From Catajapyx aquilonaris (lineage: Eukaryota), in contig JYFJ02000322.1 in NCBI GenBank assembly GCA_000934665.2, forward strand, positions 62,001 to 126,000: a stretch of 64,000 nt of DNA. Direction: 5' to 3'. Shown in pieces: positions 12,401 to 27,400 of the stretch; the stretch's first letter is position 1, and the number at the start of each line of letters is the position of its first letter. Under the pieces are notes generated by a model. It had not been told where the DNA came from. It saw only the letters and a program-made list of their open reading frames with translations, and ran no database searches. Both the position numbers and the translations under genes were made by a program.

Positions 12401-15400
12401 CGAACCTGAAGCTGCTTCGTCTTGTGCGGGAAATGTGCAGGAGCTGGAATGCGCATCAGACGGTCACTAAAATTGGTGACACTTTGCGTTCACATCTACC
12501 GAATTGTAAAACACGCGGTGGTACACTCTTGCCAGCATATAAATTAGGTTAATGGCTAAATCAGCGGTTGGGTTTAATCCCATTTACCGAATTCAACCCT
12601 GCAGATAAAGCTGCTAATGAAAATGTGCGGAACAACAGTGGTTGCTGCGGTATGGCTGGTATTGTACAGATCATAATAGTATAGCAGACCACTTCCAAAA
12701 ATAAAGTAACAAACACAACAGTACCAATCACTGGAAAAATTTTGAGTGTACTTACTAATAATAATCTACTGTACTGCACATAGTGTAAATGACTCTAAAG
12801 TATGATATGTGTCACGTATAATTCAACATGACCTTCCCATAATAATAACGCAAAATATTTTTTGTTTATATCCACCTGATATTTTGAACTCTGACATCAC
12901 ATGCATTTTGTCCATTTTCCAATGGCCAGCGATGCAATCAAATGCATAACAGGTGGTCCGGAGCAAACTCCCGACACCGTGTCATAATTTCAATAATTAC
13001 TAATTAGGAATCCAAGCAACGCAAACTGTGCCATTGATTTTTACGAGATTAAAGCTCGTCAGCAGCTTCATGTAATTAGGAATTTAGGGGCCGGTTGTAT
13101 GTGTGTGGAAAATATCCTGTTATGTTTTTGTAAACATATTTGCGCATAAACGACAAATTTTTCTTTAAAGTTGATACAACCTGTATTGATCTGCGATTAA
13201 ATATTACTGTCACACGGACCATGTGAAGTTAATTAACATCCAAAGTGCCATTGCACAACACACTGAAATCAAACTGATGTACTTACTAATCATGGCACGT
13301 TGATAGTACACAATAGGCTTGAACCCACAGGTGTGCCCCCAGCACCTAATACACATCAAATATCCCTCAGAATCCACCAAACCACCAGAACCAACACAGA
13401 GAGACACACTGTACAAGAAAAAAACATGCACATCCCTTAGGAAACTACTTTACCATTGACTTTGAGAAAGATTACTTTGCTCACTCCCGTGCCAACCCCG
13501 TTGCGAGCCTCGCACAGGTAGTGGCCTTCGCTGTCTTTGGTTATTTCCCGAAAGAGAAGCGAGCCATTGTTGTAGAATTCCACGTGGGGATCGTAGGTGA
13601 ACTCTTTGTAATCGCCCGGCTGATTTCCTGTGGGGGGAAAAAACACAGGGTGTAGAAGAAGAAAAAAACAAGTAGAGGCGTGACACCTGATGACCTGTTT
13701 GATTTGAAATAAAAATTAACTGTTAGCGATTTGCACCTGGACATGATGCAAACAAGCACGATTTTTTTAAAACTGTACCTGTAGCTTTTCTCCACGTAAC
13801 TGTTGGAGTAGGGTAGCCATCCGCTTGGCAGTTTAATATAATATCCTCTCCAAATGTTCCGCTGCTATCTTTAGGCTCCACGGTCCATTTGGGAGGAACT
13901 GAGTTTTTTTAAAAAAAAGGGGGAGATAAGGTCACGTCCGTGGCCACAAAAGGAGGACAAACATGGGACGTACCGTTAACAGTCAGCTGGGCAGTGTATG
14001 TCTCTCGACCGACCACGTTTTCTGCAATGCAGGTGTAATCACCATTGTGGGTTGAATTGATGCGCTCGATGACCAGCATGTGCGAATACTCGTCCATTGC
14101 CCTGACAGATATCCCTTCCCTCTGAGGAAGGGGCTGGCCGTTTTTTGCCCAGGAGAACGACAGTGGAGGATCACCTTCCAGGACCTGGCACGATATGGCC
14201 GCCCGCATCCCTTCCCTCAGAAGATTGTTCATGAATTGAAACGGCATTATTTTCGGTGGAACTGGGAACAAGAAGTGACTTTTAACAACAAGTCCAATCT
14301 TATAATGGAAAACTCTGAATGACTAACCCAAGACGACGACTTCGACGTCCCTCCTGGCGCTGTACCCCTGCCTGTTCCTGGCCTGACACGTGTACGACCC
14401 AGCATCGGCGGTCCTCTGCACGTGCTCGATCAGAAGTGTACCGTTAGGATACACTCTTTGCCTCCGAATGGTCGGGAGTGACGCACTAGCCCTCTCCCAG
14501 GTGACAGCCTCGATGGGGAACCCTGCTACAGGACACTTGATGACCAGGTCACGACCCGCAACGGCTTTGACCTTTGGCATGACCCTGATGAACGGCAGCC
14601 CGTACACGTTGACCCTGGCGCTGTGGGCTACTCTTCCGACCGTGTTCTTGGCCGTACACGTGTATTCTCCTCCGTCTTCCTCTCGTATGTTGCTGATGTT
14701 CACATGGCTTATCACGCTGTCGTGAATGGTCACGTACTGTCCCACCAGGAAGCGGTCGCTGTCCGGCAAAGGGAAGCCGTCCAGTGTCCACACAAACTGC
14801 GGGGGAGGGTTACCAACTGCCGTGCATTTGAGGGACACTGACGGCCCCGGCTGCAAGGTCTGCTCAGAGAAACGGTACACCAGTTCGGGACTGGCATCTG
14901 GAAAGGAATAAAAATGCTCCGTACTACAGTATGCCTGAATCATTGCGTATTAAAAGGCGCAAGTGAGCCAAAACCAACCTCCAAGCTGGAGCTCCCCTGC
15001 TGCCTGGGCCATGTCCCATTCGTTGCTCACGAGACACTGGAACATGCCGCTGTCTTCTTTCTCCACAGCCGGTATTTTTAGGGTGTCCGGAGGGTACACT
15101 TGGTACCTAAGTAATGTGGATGAACAAAAGGTCAGTAATTAAGCACAAGCTCTGCTTAGAAAATCCTAGTCATGGTCAGCAGCATATTGTTAACTCTTCG
15201 CCCTCCAGCTACAGTCCATTAAACGAAAGAACGATCTGACGTCATGTTAAGCTCCGCCTCCACCCGGCTCTTTCCTCCAATCATGACCCCGCAAGCCGAC
15301 TACTGCGCATGCTCAGAAAACACGGCTGGTGTGACTGAATGGTTCCTCCACATACTGCGCATGCGTAGAACGCAGGCCAATCGGAAACGTCGGGGTAACA

Positions 15401-18400
15401 ATATGCTGCGGACCAATAAGACGGCTCATACGAACACCGTGAATAATATTTTAATATTACAGACTGACTAATTAATGTGCAGTACAATTAGTGGCGGCCT
15501 TAATCCCTTGTGTACAGCATAATGCATGCTAATAAGATGTTATCCGTGTTGCATTAAAGATGATGCACAGTCTATGGCGCAAAAAAGAAATATCTCGAGG
15601 GGAGCTGCATGATGCATTATAACTGAACTATGTTTCCTTAGTTGTCTACAATCCACGTCAAAACTTGGGGTTCCTCGCAGGAGACTAGAACTTAATACTC
15701 TTTCGTAGGAAGCTGACAGTCTTAAATGCAAACAAGACAGCTTTAATTTTCCAGCGGCGTTGGCTAGCTCCGTGCCTCCAGACTTTTAATTACCGCTGGC
15801 ATTAGTCTAATGCCATAATCTAATTAGGTGGCGAAGTGATGAAAATTTAATGGCGAAAAACTCCTCTGGTGCTGCTCCTGATGCTTCCTAGGGGTTGTGC
15901 AGTGCCTTTCCCTTTTATAGAACCGGGCATACCGAGTGGGGAAAGGCGGCGAGGCGCCACCTTAAGCCTTGATTACATATTATGAAGGGCATTAATGTTT
16001 TCTCTGCTTAATAATGACGGACACCTACTTCTTTCAAAAAAAAATCTCGTGCCCGGAATTCAGATTGTCTTCCTGTCGTCGTTGCAAAATGTCAGTTGTC
16101 ACCTGCTCGTTTCAGGGCATTCAAGACGATGGGGTTGTTTACGATATATCAGGTTTGAGGGGGGAAACATGTAGGACATCTCGCGAATAATAACAATGTT
16201 GATGGTCACTACTTTTGACATTAGTGCGAGAAAAAGCCTTAATCATGATGAGGGCTGTCACCATTGCTATTTATTGATTTTTATTTACATTGCCACGTTA
16301 TGGGGCCACATGCCACTTTAGGAGGAATTTACTGTCATCATTGTAAAGTTTATAATATATTATTGTCATGTACTGTACTTCTAAACATCTTGCTGTGTAA
16401 TACTCTCGCAGCAGCCATAGTTTTCTAGCAAATCCTGCCTGGATTTTGAATTTATCCCCAAAGTCCTCCAAGTTTAAATCCTCCCTAGATCCCTAATCTG
16501 AGTTATAATCTCACTATATCCTGATACACAAAGGATTAAAACCACGATAGTTTTCCTTCTTAGCCAATCAACAAAAAATCCTGCAAAAATCATTTAATTC
16601 TGACACAAGTAAGTTGTGATCACTAATTTTTTTGCATATATTACTGTAAGAAATGGTCAATTACCTTCGGTCAGCAGTGAGTGGCCTTCCGTTTCGTAGC
16701 CATGTAATTTTGGACACCGGATGACCCGACGGTAGACACCTGAACACAGCAGCTTGACCAACGTCCACTATTTGGCTGGGCGGCTGCACATGGGCTGATA
16801 AAGCAGCTGGAAAGCAATAAATACAGTGCTTTATGAATCCTAGGTATTATTCTTCGACAATAAAGATAGCGGTGCCAGAGCAATTAGAAGAAGCGAGCAA
16901 CCTGGTCTAGATACGGCGCCAAGATGATCCCTGAAAAGGGGGGATCACCGACATGTTAATTATCACTTTATGGCTCCGTATATCTTCGCAACTACCCGCA
17001 GGCACCAGTAATGAAAGAAAGGCCTATGGCGCTGTAAACCAGAAAAAGTGCACTTCAGGGGCAGTTTGTAACGATTATATGTTGGGTGTAATGGGTTCAC
17101 ATCCTCAACACTCTGCCACGACAGTTTGTAAGAAAAAAATAGTGTGAACCAGGAGAGACTGCTCTATCACGAATTATATATTTACATCAATAATTATTAT
17201 TACAACAAAATTTTGCAAAAAAAAGCTATTCTTACTGGATTAAAATTATAGCAGACTTTCATTATGAGTGCGGTTATATAATATCTGATATTGCGTAATA
17301 TGAAAGCTGAATTACAAACTGTGGTTGAAATACTATACAAGCGGATATACTGTAGTAAACATTTTCCTCTTTCCAGCTACAAACGCACACATGCCTTCTG
17401 GCGTTTTTTTCAAAAAAAAATCCCAGCTCTACGCACAGAATCGTGATTTATGTATAGGTTCACACAGAGAGAGTGACAGACACACACACAAAAAATGAGC
17501 TCCACCCAAATGAAAAGCTGCATTTTACAAGCCAATAATTATTTTGTCGCGACTCTTCCGTTTTTAATTGAATAGGATTGAACTGACACGCACAGTGTGT
17601 GTATATACACACACCAATCCCTGGGAATTAGTCCCCCGCATTATTTATTTTACATGGCAGCTCGTGCTCGGATTTTTTTTTTTTTGCCTCGAGCCTGCGG
17701 GAGGGAAATGAGACCGGGTGTGTGTGTGTGTTTTTTTTCCAGAGAAAAATGCTGGATTTGGTGCTGTTGGTGCCCTGCGGAGCTGCTAATTACTACCCGC
17801 GCCAGGTGCAACGGCTGAGGTCAACACCGCCAACGCCATTTATAGCATTCTAAAAAAAAAAGTTACCTTACACACAAAATACTTTTACGATTTCGATGCC
17901 AGATGTGTTTTTTTTGTGCGCTGTACTTCCTGTATTTTTCACACTGGTTTCCATACCTACAGACCACGTTATTCTGGTGCAAGCCACAAAAACCTAACCC
18001 TGCAAATTCGCAAGTAACATTTCAACTGACTGAACATGCCCATTAAACGTTAAGAAAGTCAATGAGCAAGTGCGTCTCATACATTGTTACACGTGGATGT
18101 ACTCGTGGTAAAGTGTTCTCACTCCATCTGTACCTCTCAGCTTACAATCTACCGATCGATTCCTTTGCTTCTCCCAAAATAGTTTCCAATTACCAAAGTT
18201 CTCTACCCTCTACTTTCCCCCCTCTCCAACCCCCCACCCCCCTCCCACCAAAATGATTACCAAGCATCCCAAAGAGAACTTTGAGATTTTCAGATAGATT
18301 ATTACGCTCGGCAGAAATTGCACATTCCTTTCTTCATTACAGTAATTGACTTTAATTGATTTGCAGGCGACGGAGCTGGGGGAAAGTGGAAAGGTAGCTC

Positions 18401-21400
18401 TTGGCTATATCATCTGAGGAGGAGAAGAAGAAAAAAAAACTTTTTCTCTCCTTCCAGCCAAAGCAATTTTCCGTCGTTATGAAATGTCATTTGAAGAGTT
18501 TCACAACAGGTCTCATGAAATTTTCTGGGAACTAATACACTGTACAACCCTAAACTGTTGCAAAACATGGTTAACCGCATCAGCAAGGCTTCACTATTGT
18601 GCTATGAACGTTGATAATGAGCCAAATGCAACATGTTTTTGTGTACAGATATGGAGGTCTTGTAAATTATTGTTTTGATGGGCATGTATAAATTAATAAA
18701 ACCACAGAATTTTATAATTACTCCGTGACTGGATTTGCATGGTTTGGGGTAGGGGGGGGACGTTCATGTCATTTCAGGCAAAATTGGACAGAATTCAGGA
18801 TTTAAAATTAATTGCTTTTCGATATTAACGAATGATATGTTGACAGGCATTACTGCATAATCATAGCTGGTGTAATTTTCACTATTTTAACTACAATCAT
18901 TTCATAGCCACATTATTATTTTTATCAGATAAAGCGAGACATTTTTTTATGTTGTTCGGTACCAATTTTTTCTAAATTATTGTTAAGAGTTGTTCCGTTC
19001 CTCGTAGAGTTATTTTCGCCCAAATTCCTGGAATCTGCTGCGCTTTGGACGTCACGTTTTCGCTTTGGTTAACACCGGTTTTGGTGACTGATTCCGACGT
19101 GGATCAGTGGCGGATTCTTCTGTCTCTCTGATCGTTCCAGCGACATTTCAGAAGTGAATCATTGGCTGGATGGATGTACTCAGCTGCTCCAGATAAATCT
19201 CTCTCCGCCGCTAACTGCCGATTTATACCGTATTTGGTAGAACTGCTGAATGTGACAGAGACTTTTACGAAATGACGACTCGTATCATAAGTAAGGTGGT
19301 GAAATAACTGAGTAACCGAACATCATAGTGAATGTGAATTAAAATTTGTGTATTTTCTTGCTGGCGGGTTATGTTGATTGTGCAAATGTCTCGGCGCATG
19401 AAGCATATGAATTTAATACAATAGCGTCATATTCATCAATGACATACTGTAATTGCCGATAACGCAGCGGTGTTGTTATAAATTACGACAATGGCAACCC
19501 ATAAAATTGGATAATAGCTTTATGTTACTTAACTAACTACCATACAAATCAATATCTCAAGTAACAATATACGTACTTTCTACAGTGTCTAAAGGCGGGC
19601 CCAAAAAAAGTGAACCTTACATGTAACGACGAGTCGAACTTCGACCGTTTCCTTTCCGACGGAATTGTTGACCCAGCACACATATTTGCCAGCATCTTGA
19701 AGGCGAACTTTGCTGATTCGTAGCACTCCATGAAGCTGATAAAATCGTTCGTTGGAGGAGACACCCACCAGTTGCTGCTGCTCCTCTTCCTTCATCCACC
19801 TGGAGTAAGAAAAAGAAGAAGAAGAAAAAATGTTACCAGTAAGCCAAAGTACGTGGAAAAAAATGGGGCAATTAGGAAAAATGAGTGCAATTGAATTTTG
19901 CATTTTATTACATGGCAGTGCAGTACATTACATATCTGGTGGTTTACGGACGTAAAGCGTTCTGGCTCAAAATTGAGTTATACTTATTACTTGCTCTTTA
20001 ACATATATTTTGTACATAGCAGGCATGCTACGTATATACTACAGCATGTTTGATCATTTTGAAAGGTCCGTGCCCCATCTCGCTTTTATTCCTCTGTCTG
20101 GCCCCAGCACAGCAGCCAGATGCTATCTTCCCACCAAACACTTTTCCTTCCCATTGCACCTTTCACGTGAGCCTCTTGTTCGAGGTTCGATTCCCGGGTC
20201 GGTGGTCCGGAAAAGCGAGGTTCGCATGGCCGGCGAGTATATATAGTGAGCTCCTTCGCTATATATATATACACGACTCCTCCTCTCTCACTTTTCAAGT
20301 TGAGATGAGGAAGTTCGTGAAAAATCACATTCGCTGAATATGTGTGTTATAGAGAGAGCAGGCAGAGGCAGGAGCAGTGAACCACCCTGTAGTTTTATTA
20401 AGAGACATGTAATAAAAATATGTGTCGGATCTCTAAATATGCTTTCATTATGTTGCACTTATACCATTATGCCTCATAATTAGTGCCAACTTTCGCATAT
20501 TACGCCTGCTCTCTGTAAGGGGGGGAAGAAGGCAATTACTAAAGAGGTTGTAGGATGGCTTATGGCACGTCAATAAAGCAAACTCCTTATTTCACTCTGT
20601 AAGCAGGTAGACCAAGTACAGTAATTGCTTATTAAATTCGTCGCACAATTTTCAGTTTTAATGTGTCTCTTTTGCCGCATTATAATGAGGAAGCTTCTTT
20701 TAAAGGTAGTTACTGCATTAAATACAATCACTACATCAGTGCAAGAAAAGGACTTCATGCAAATTAAATAGAGTAGAATGGTAATTGGCACAGTGCAGTA
20801 TAGGCGGTGCTGGTTACGGCTTTGGTCAGAGCTACAGTACTGCAATTACTGCCTTACTGTCATGATATCCTTGTTGCACTTCCAAAGTATCGAGCCCTGT
20901 ACCGCAATCGACAGGCTGAAAGCGAAACCCTCGTACAGCCAACTTACGAAACTGCCTAAGTGACATATAGCCAACTGATTGTTTTAAATAATTGAAGAAT
21001 ATGATGTTTTGATTCAATTCCGACAACTTCTCACATATTTTTCCATGGAAATTGCAGATATCAGAATGTACAAACTTGGACCAAGTTTTTTAAAATTTAT
21101 TTGGGCTATGACATGTCCTACGTGGGATGTTGACAGTACTGTAAACCTCAGAGCAAGAAAATAATACATTGCATCGGAAGATATGGACTCAAAAAGAGTC
21201 ATCATTTATTATTGAAAAAGTTTTCCACCCAATGCTTTTTCCGCCTCAAAAAGTTGACTTACAGAGTGTACGGAAGTATGCTCGCGGAATATAAGCTACC
21301 CTTTTTGCAACTTTTCGTCGGTTTCAAGATAGTTTGCATCTTGACATTAACGACTTCAAAAGCAGCATCTGTGACCTTCTCTTTTAGATGAATCATATAT

Positions 21401-24400
21401 TTACAAGGGCCAAGCAAACAAGCAACAGCACTCGAGTCAGATTTCGTTATAATTATATCACAATTATTATCTTGTTAATCAAATTAGCATCCAGTTTAAA
21501 TGGTTCCACGTAACAGAGAGTAATCAGGTTGTATAATTAAAGAGAAGCGAATCCCAAAAGCCGTTATCGGCATTTGGTTCCAGTGAGGATTTTACGAGGC
21601 AGATCCACCAAAGTGTCGCCTCTACCTGCCGATAAATTCTACTTGAAGTCTTAAACCAAATGCCGATAACGGGTTTTAGGAAACGCACTTCTTCCATTTG
21701 CGCCCTAGAAACAGCACAAAGATGCACCCAGCCCTTTCACACAATCATGGGGCCCACTGGGTCTCATTCTAATCATAAAGTTCGCTTCATCAACATTGCA
21801 AGTACAAATGTGAAAATCAAAATATGGAGCATGTTGGGAAACGAATGTTGTATGGAATATTTTCTATTGATTCAAACAAAATAAGATATCAAGCTTTCTC
21901 ATTTGGTTTAATTTCCATAATTTTGCTCTGTTAAGTTCTGTAGAATGTTTCCCAACACCCACATGCTCATCATACACCACCCACCGCACCAATATTAATT
22001 TCGACTCTTTCAGAACGACGAGACCCTAATGAAACTTCCTCTTCTCCGTACAAACCCCCCGGTTTTTTCCCCCCCATTCTCCTTAAAAATAAGTCATCGC
22101 TCCTGCTCGCCAAAGGCACCGGATATTTAAATCCCACCCCCGCAGCCATAGTTTTCCCATCCCCTTCTACCGTATAAGCCGCAGCGCAGCCCAGGCCCTA
22201 GCTATAGGAGGAAAAATGGCCTACTTAAGCCCATCTGGTGGCGAGGGAAGTGGCCATTCTGCAGGCAGACGAAGGACCAGTCTGTGCCCGTCTCTTTTCC
22301 TCCCGGCAAGCTATAAGCCCTGGACTTCTTCATTTCCGCATCGAAGACGATCCTATCGCTGCAGACTGCATTTCTAGGACCCCCACCCACCCCCTCCTGA
22401 TAAGAAAAGGGTTCCGGAATTTCCACCCGGTTCTTCCCCGTTTCCCCCCAGCCCAAGCCAACCAGCCAACCAGGACTACTCTGCCCTTCTCCGCACAACC
22501 AGGGCTCGTTAAGGCGAGTTACTCAGGCCACAATTTCCCTCGTTTTCATAAGTGGGGGCCCCACACTGAGAAATATTGGTCCCGTTGCAGCCCAACTTTG
22601 GGCAGCCGCGGTTCATCGTTAACTCATCCCTAACCCTAATGAGCCGGGATGAAAGTAGTCTAGATCGGGGGGGTTGGGAGGGAGAAATAAATGTAGGCTA
22701 CAGTAGTAGTGTTCAGACAGTACTACAAGAGACAGTAACAAGTTTGGGCTGAATGTGAGGGAAGTTGTGCAGTTTTGATGGGAAGTGGGTCATGCTGGAT
22801 AGTCCGAGCACATTCTCTGTAAGTTATGTAATAAAAGAAATATGTACAAAAATACTCGTTTAATAATTATTTGGAATTACTACTTATTAATTATTTTTGC
22901 AGCCGCAATGTCCATGGAAAGACATCCTTATTACATATTAGTGGGGAAAAAATTTACTAAAACTAGTTACGATCCATGGCGAGTCTTTGGAGATTCTTTG
23001 TACAGTACGTATTCGTGCATGAAGGGCATTACGAGCAGTGATGTGGTAAAATTGGTAGCTGAGTCATAATAATTGCTTGGAATAGTTGGGTGCATTGGTT
23101 GGGCTCGTTCGCAGTTAAGACAAACAAATGAATGTAATTATAGGCTACTTAGGGATATGAAGCATGATGTTGACACACTACTGTACCTCCCTTGCTGATA
23201 CGCCCCCGGGGATTTTTATTTCAGAATTTTGTGTGCCGTGGAGAACGTACTTTGTTCAACATATGGCCTACTTTATTTTATCTGCGGTACAGCACCTGTC
23301 CTGCTGAAATCACTCTAAAAATATGAGCGCATATAATCTCCAGGCCACTGACAATGGCAATAATACTGATGAAACCCTGACAAGAGCCGCGCACAAATGT
23401 AAATGCAGATATTTTTCGAACAATGTTACGGCTGAGACATGCTCTCCGCAAATCCAGCCTTGTAAACTGACTTCAGCGCAGGCGTTGACGGAATGACTGA
23501 GAAGCAAAACTGTCACCTGCACTACTCTACATTCACATCAGTTACCGCTTCTAGACACTCCGACAGCGAAAAATAAAAAGTAGTCTTCACTTTTATGCAA
23601 TATACGAAAACAACCAGTCCCACTGACACGTCAGTTGAATGGTTCCCTCAACGGTGTGTTGTCCTAGTGACAAATGAGACTTGCCAGATAGGCTGGAGAT
23701 ATGAGTCGCCAGGGACAACAAACCCAAAGGAGACCACCTTTCAAGTCCTCGGTTCGTCATCACTAGGAGTTGGCCAAAATTATGTGGACATGAAGAGGAT
23801 GAAAGGTACTAAAAATATAACGGATTTACTTATGTAGGTTTTGCATTAGAATTTGCGACGATTTGTTCTGCCTGAGTACAATAAAGTTTGGCGGTTAATT
23901 GTTGTTGAAGCCGCCAGACGTGATGACAGGCCGTAATCAGGGGATGAACATAGGTAGAACATTGAGGCTATCAACCAGTTAGCTATTAATTAATTAATTG
24001 GTTCACTGCCTCTTTCCCATCATCACGACTCCAGGAAACTCAATGTCGTTGGATTCAAAACCGCAATATACATTACCGCACGGAATTTTTTCATCCTGAT
24101 CTTACACTTGTGTGCAATTAATTTGATTCGTTGTTACATAGAAATTGTAACTTTGCTTTAGGATTTGAATGGGAATTTACAGCTGGACACATCTCGGGTT
24201 CCTTCAATCGTCCAGTTTATTAACGCCTTAATCACCAATTTAAGGCAACCAGTCGATCCTGGCTGCTTTGACGGAGCCCACTAGTTTTAATCAGGTCATC
24301 CACCGGTCAGTCCACCACAACGGTCCAGTCAAAATTTAATCAGATCCTGCTCATATACAGAGATGGCACACATCACTGCGTATGGAATCCTGAGCATCCC

Positions 24401-27400
24401 CCCAGCCTCTCAAAACCACCTGTCCTTCCATCCTCCGAGTACAATTATCTGAAGAATCCCTGTCAGTTGCAAGACCGCACCCTTAGAGGATCCAGAGTCC
24501 GGTCAGCTTGTTTTTTGATGGCAGCATCATCAGGGCTCAGGAGGAGGCTGCGAGGGTGGCAAGTAAGACGGAAGAAGACCCCGGCATTCCATCAGGGCCA
24601 GGTAATTTAGTTTATGAGCGCCTTGATCTGGGCTGAAGGGGCGGGTGAAAGCGAGTTTGATGGCGTCCGTGCTGGCCGTGAATGGGCCGAGAGAGATGTG
24701 GGGTAGGGAGGAGAGGGGTCGTCCTGGGGATGGCAATCCTCCCCCCCTTCTGTACGAAATGGAGGGAGGCCTGCAGGGAAGTGATCAAAGGCAAGTCTGG
24801 CAGACCTCAGATAAGCCTCGTGCTCGGCTACCAAGCTTCCTCTGGCTGGCTAGCTACAGAGAGAGAGAGAGAGCTCCAATATCCAATGGCTGCGAGCTAT
24901 CCTGCTACCTGCAGGATAATAGCACACGATGTTGGGATAGACCTAAGGCTGGAAGGAACATAACCTGAATTTGCCTTTCGTTGCTGGTTGTCGTTGGTGG
25001 ATGTCAGATGAGAATATCATTCCGCATTGTGCATACGCCGATAATAACCTGAAATGTCCGATTCCTTTCAACCTGGATTCACAATACGTGTAAAAAAAAC
25101 TTGGACGTACGAATCGGAATAACATGAGCTCGAGTCGAAGAACAGTCCTACAGTCTTTGACAAGTTGAGAAGAAGTAAGACGGAGAAGAGGGAGAAAAAA
25201 AAGGGAGTAGCAAAAAGTTCAAGATTGAGAAGCAAGGTTTCTTGCTGGCTGGAATTTCCAGAGGGCAAAGTGCAAGCATGGAATAAAGAGGACGCTCGAC
25301 GAGGTTTAAACGCTCGACGCCCAATCAGAGAACGAATTCAGAATGGAAGAGGGAAGGCGGAAGAAATGGAAGATGCCGAGAGAAGGAAGGAAAGGAAAAA
25401 AAAGGAGAGAAGAGTTGGTGGGTGGGGTTGGGTTGGAAGGGAATCAATCTCGGGGGTTCTCCAACCAAAAACCTTATTCTCGACCATGCAGCCAGGCGCA
25501 GTCGTAAATGTGAGAGTAATTTTCCCAGAGTTTCCCTGAGTGCCTGAGGGTCTATGGTTCACAGGACGCTTGGATGGATTTGCGATCTACAGTATTCTTC
25601 GGAGGAGCTAATGCCCGACATTCCCCCCCTGGTAAATAGCATAACCGCCTCGATTCACATGACAATTCGCAAGGTAATGCTGCCAACTTTGCGCAGGAAA
25701 ATGCCTGAGATATTTGTGAGTTGTATGTATTCAGACGCAATGTGAGAGAGAAATCCTTTGGGAAGGATGCTGTTGTTGTTCATTCCTTCGGGACATGGCT
25801 TACAAACAACACGTGGTGGTGGTGGTGGTGGTGGTGGAAAAGCCAAGTGAAGCACTTTTCCTACATTGGATTTATCTCGCGGGAAATTCCGAGCCGGGAA
25901 AGAAGCTCTTTTGTGGCGTGGAAGGCACGTCCATCAAAGTGCCCGCCTTTGCTTTCATCCCGAGCCCTCCCTGCATGCTATTGCCGGCAATATCTCTTCT
26001 CCATAATTGCTTATTCTCTCCTGCCGGGAGTGCTCTAGTCGCGACTATTGCCACTTACAACCTGCGTTACGATTCGCTATTTTGCTTTCAAATGTAACGT
26101 ACTTTTTTTTTGGTTGCAATGAAACACATGTATTCCATAAAAAGCAACAAAATTTGTTTCCTGTGGGTGTCAACATTGGTACCATGTAACTCACGCATGC
26201 AGTAGTATTTATGCCTCTCTAGTTTACAGTATAACCACCCCGCAATTTATCACGTGCATGTATACCCCGGAGGTTAGTGCAATTTCTCTTTTATTGCGGC
26301 ACAGTAACATTTCATCCACTGAGAGCACAATCTGACCAGGATCATAATAAGCAACTGCAGCTGTCCTCAATCACCTCCTACAGAAATCCGCTCATTTTAG
26401 TAGATTGATGTGGGTCCAAATGCTGCTACTCACAGAGTTGACACGATCCGGATTATATGACGTCTGTGCGGGAAACCACTTGGCTTGCTGATGTTATGAA
26501 GCAGATCTAGATTCTTATCCTGAAGCAAGTTTTTTGGGGGGATAAGAGTTCACTCACTCTTTAGCAGAGAAAAAATCGTAGTATCCATTTATATTAGTCT
26601 ATACTCTACTGGAATCGGGTGTCATTGGCCTGTAATTACCAAAGTCGCGTCAACTTTTCGGGTCTTTTGGTGTGAATATGTAACATTCTCTGGTTCTGCT
26701 GATGGGCTGGGAATCATGAACAGAAGTCACATTTACATGAAACCTTTACAGAAAACACCTGCAGGATAATTATAATGATTCAAATGGCTCAGTCACTTTT
26801 GTTAAGTGCTCATAAATTTATGACTAGAGTACAACGAGAATATTGTAACGTTTCTGTTATATTTTCATTAAAAAATCGAAACGGCCGCCTCACTATAATG
26901 CGCGCAAAAAATATTATTAAGTCCACAAAAGCTACACATTCCTTCGCAATGGATTATCGCCAATATCCTGCAGTGTATGCGGCATCCAATATTTCCTTTG
27001 TCAATATTTTTCTGTTATACGTGACACAAGCTTTAAAGAATATTATAAAGCTGTCATGTTTGTGAAAATCGAGAATCAATAAATGTCAAGCAAAACTATT
27101 GCTTTTGGCTATACCTGAACACAAAACTCGACATTTTAATATACAACAGAAATAATGTTAAACCTTCTATGAAGTATATTTTTCATTCATTGAAGTATAC
27201 TTCATTTGTTTAAATTTAACGATGAGTGGTCACCACATTTATCTACAGTCTGTGTGCTAGAAATCCGAAAGGAACAAAGCATTTCCCACACATTTTTGAC
27301 AGAGAATACACCCCGCAGCAGTTAATGGTGACAAAGGACAGAAATCATTACAGGCAGACGGTATTGACCAAGTGAAGTGGCCCGAACTGACCAAAAATAA

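Noticed and set aside
26595..26700. Minus-strand stretch reading EPENVTYSHQKTRKVDATLVITGQ*HPIPVEYR, faintly like a decayed Ig3 exon
   Set aside because: Lacks the Ig Cys and has a stop and no proper donor; similarity is within chance
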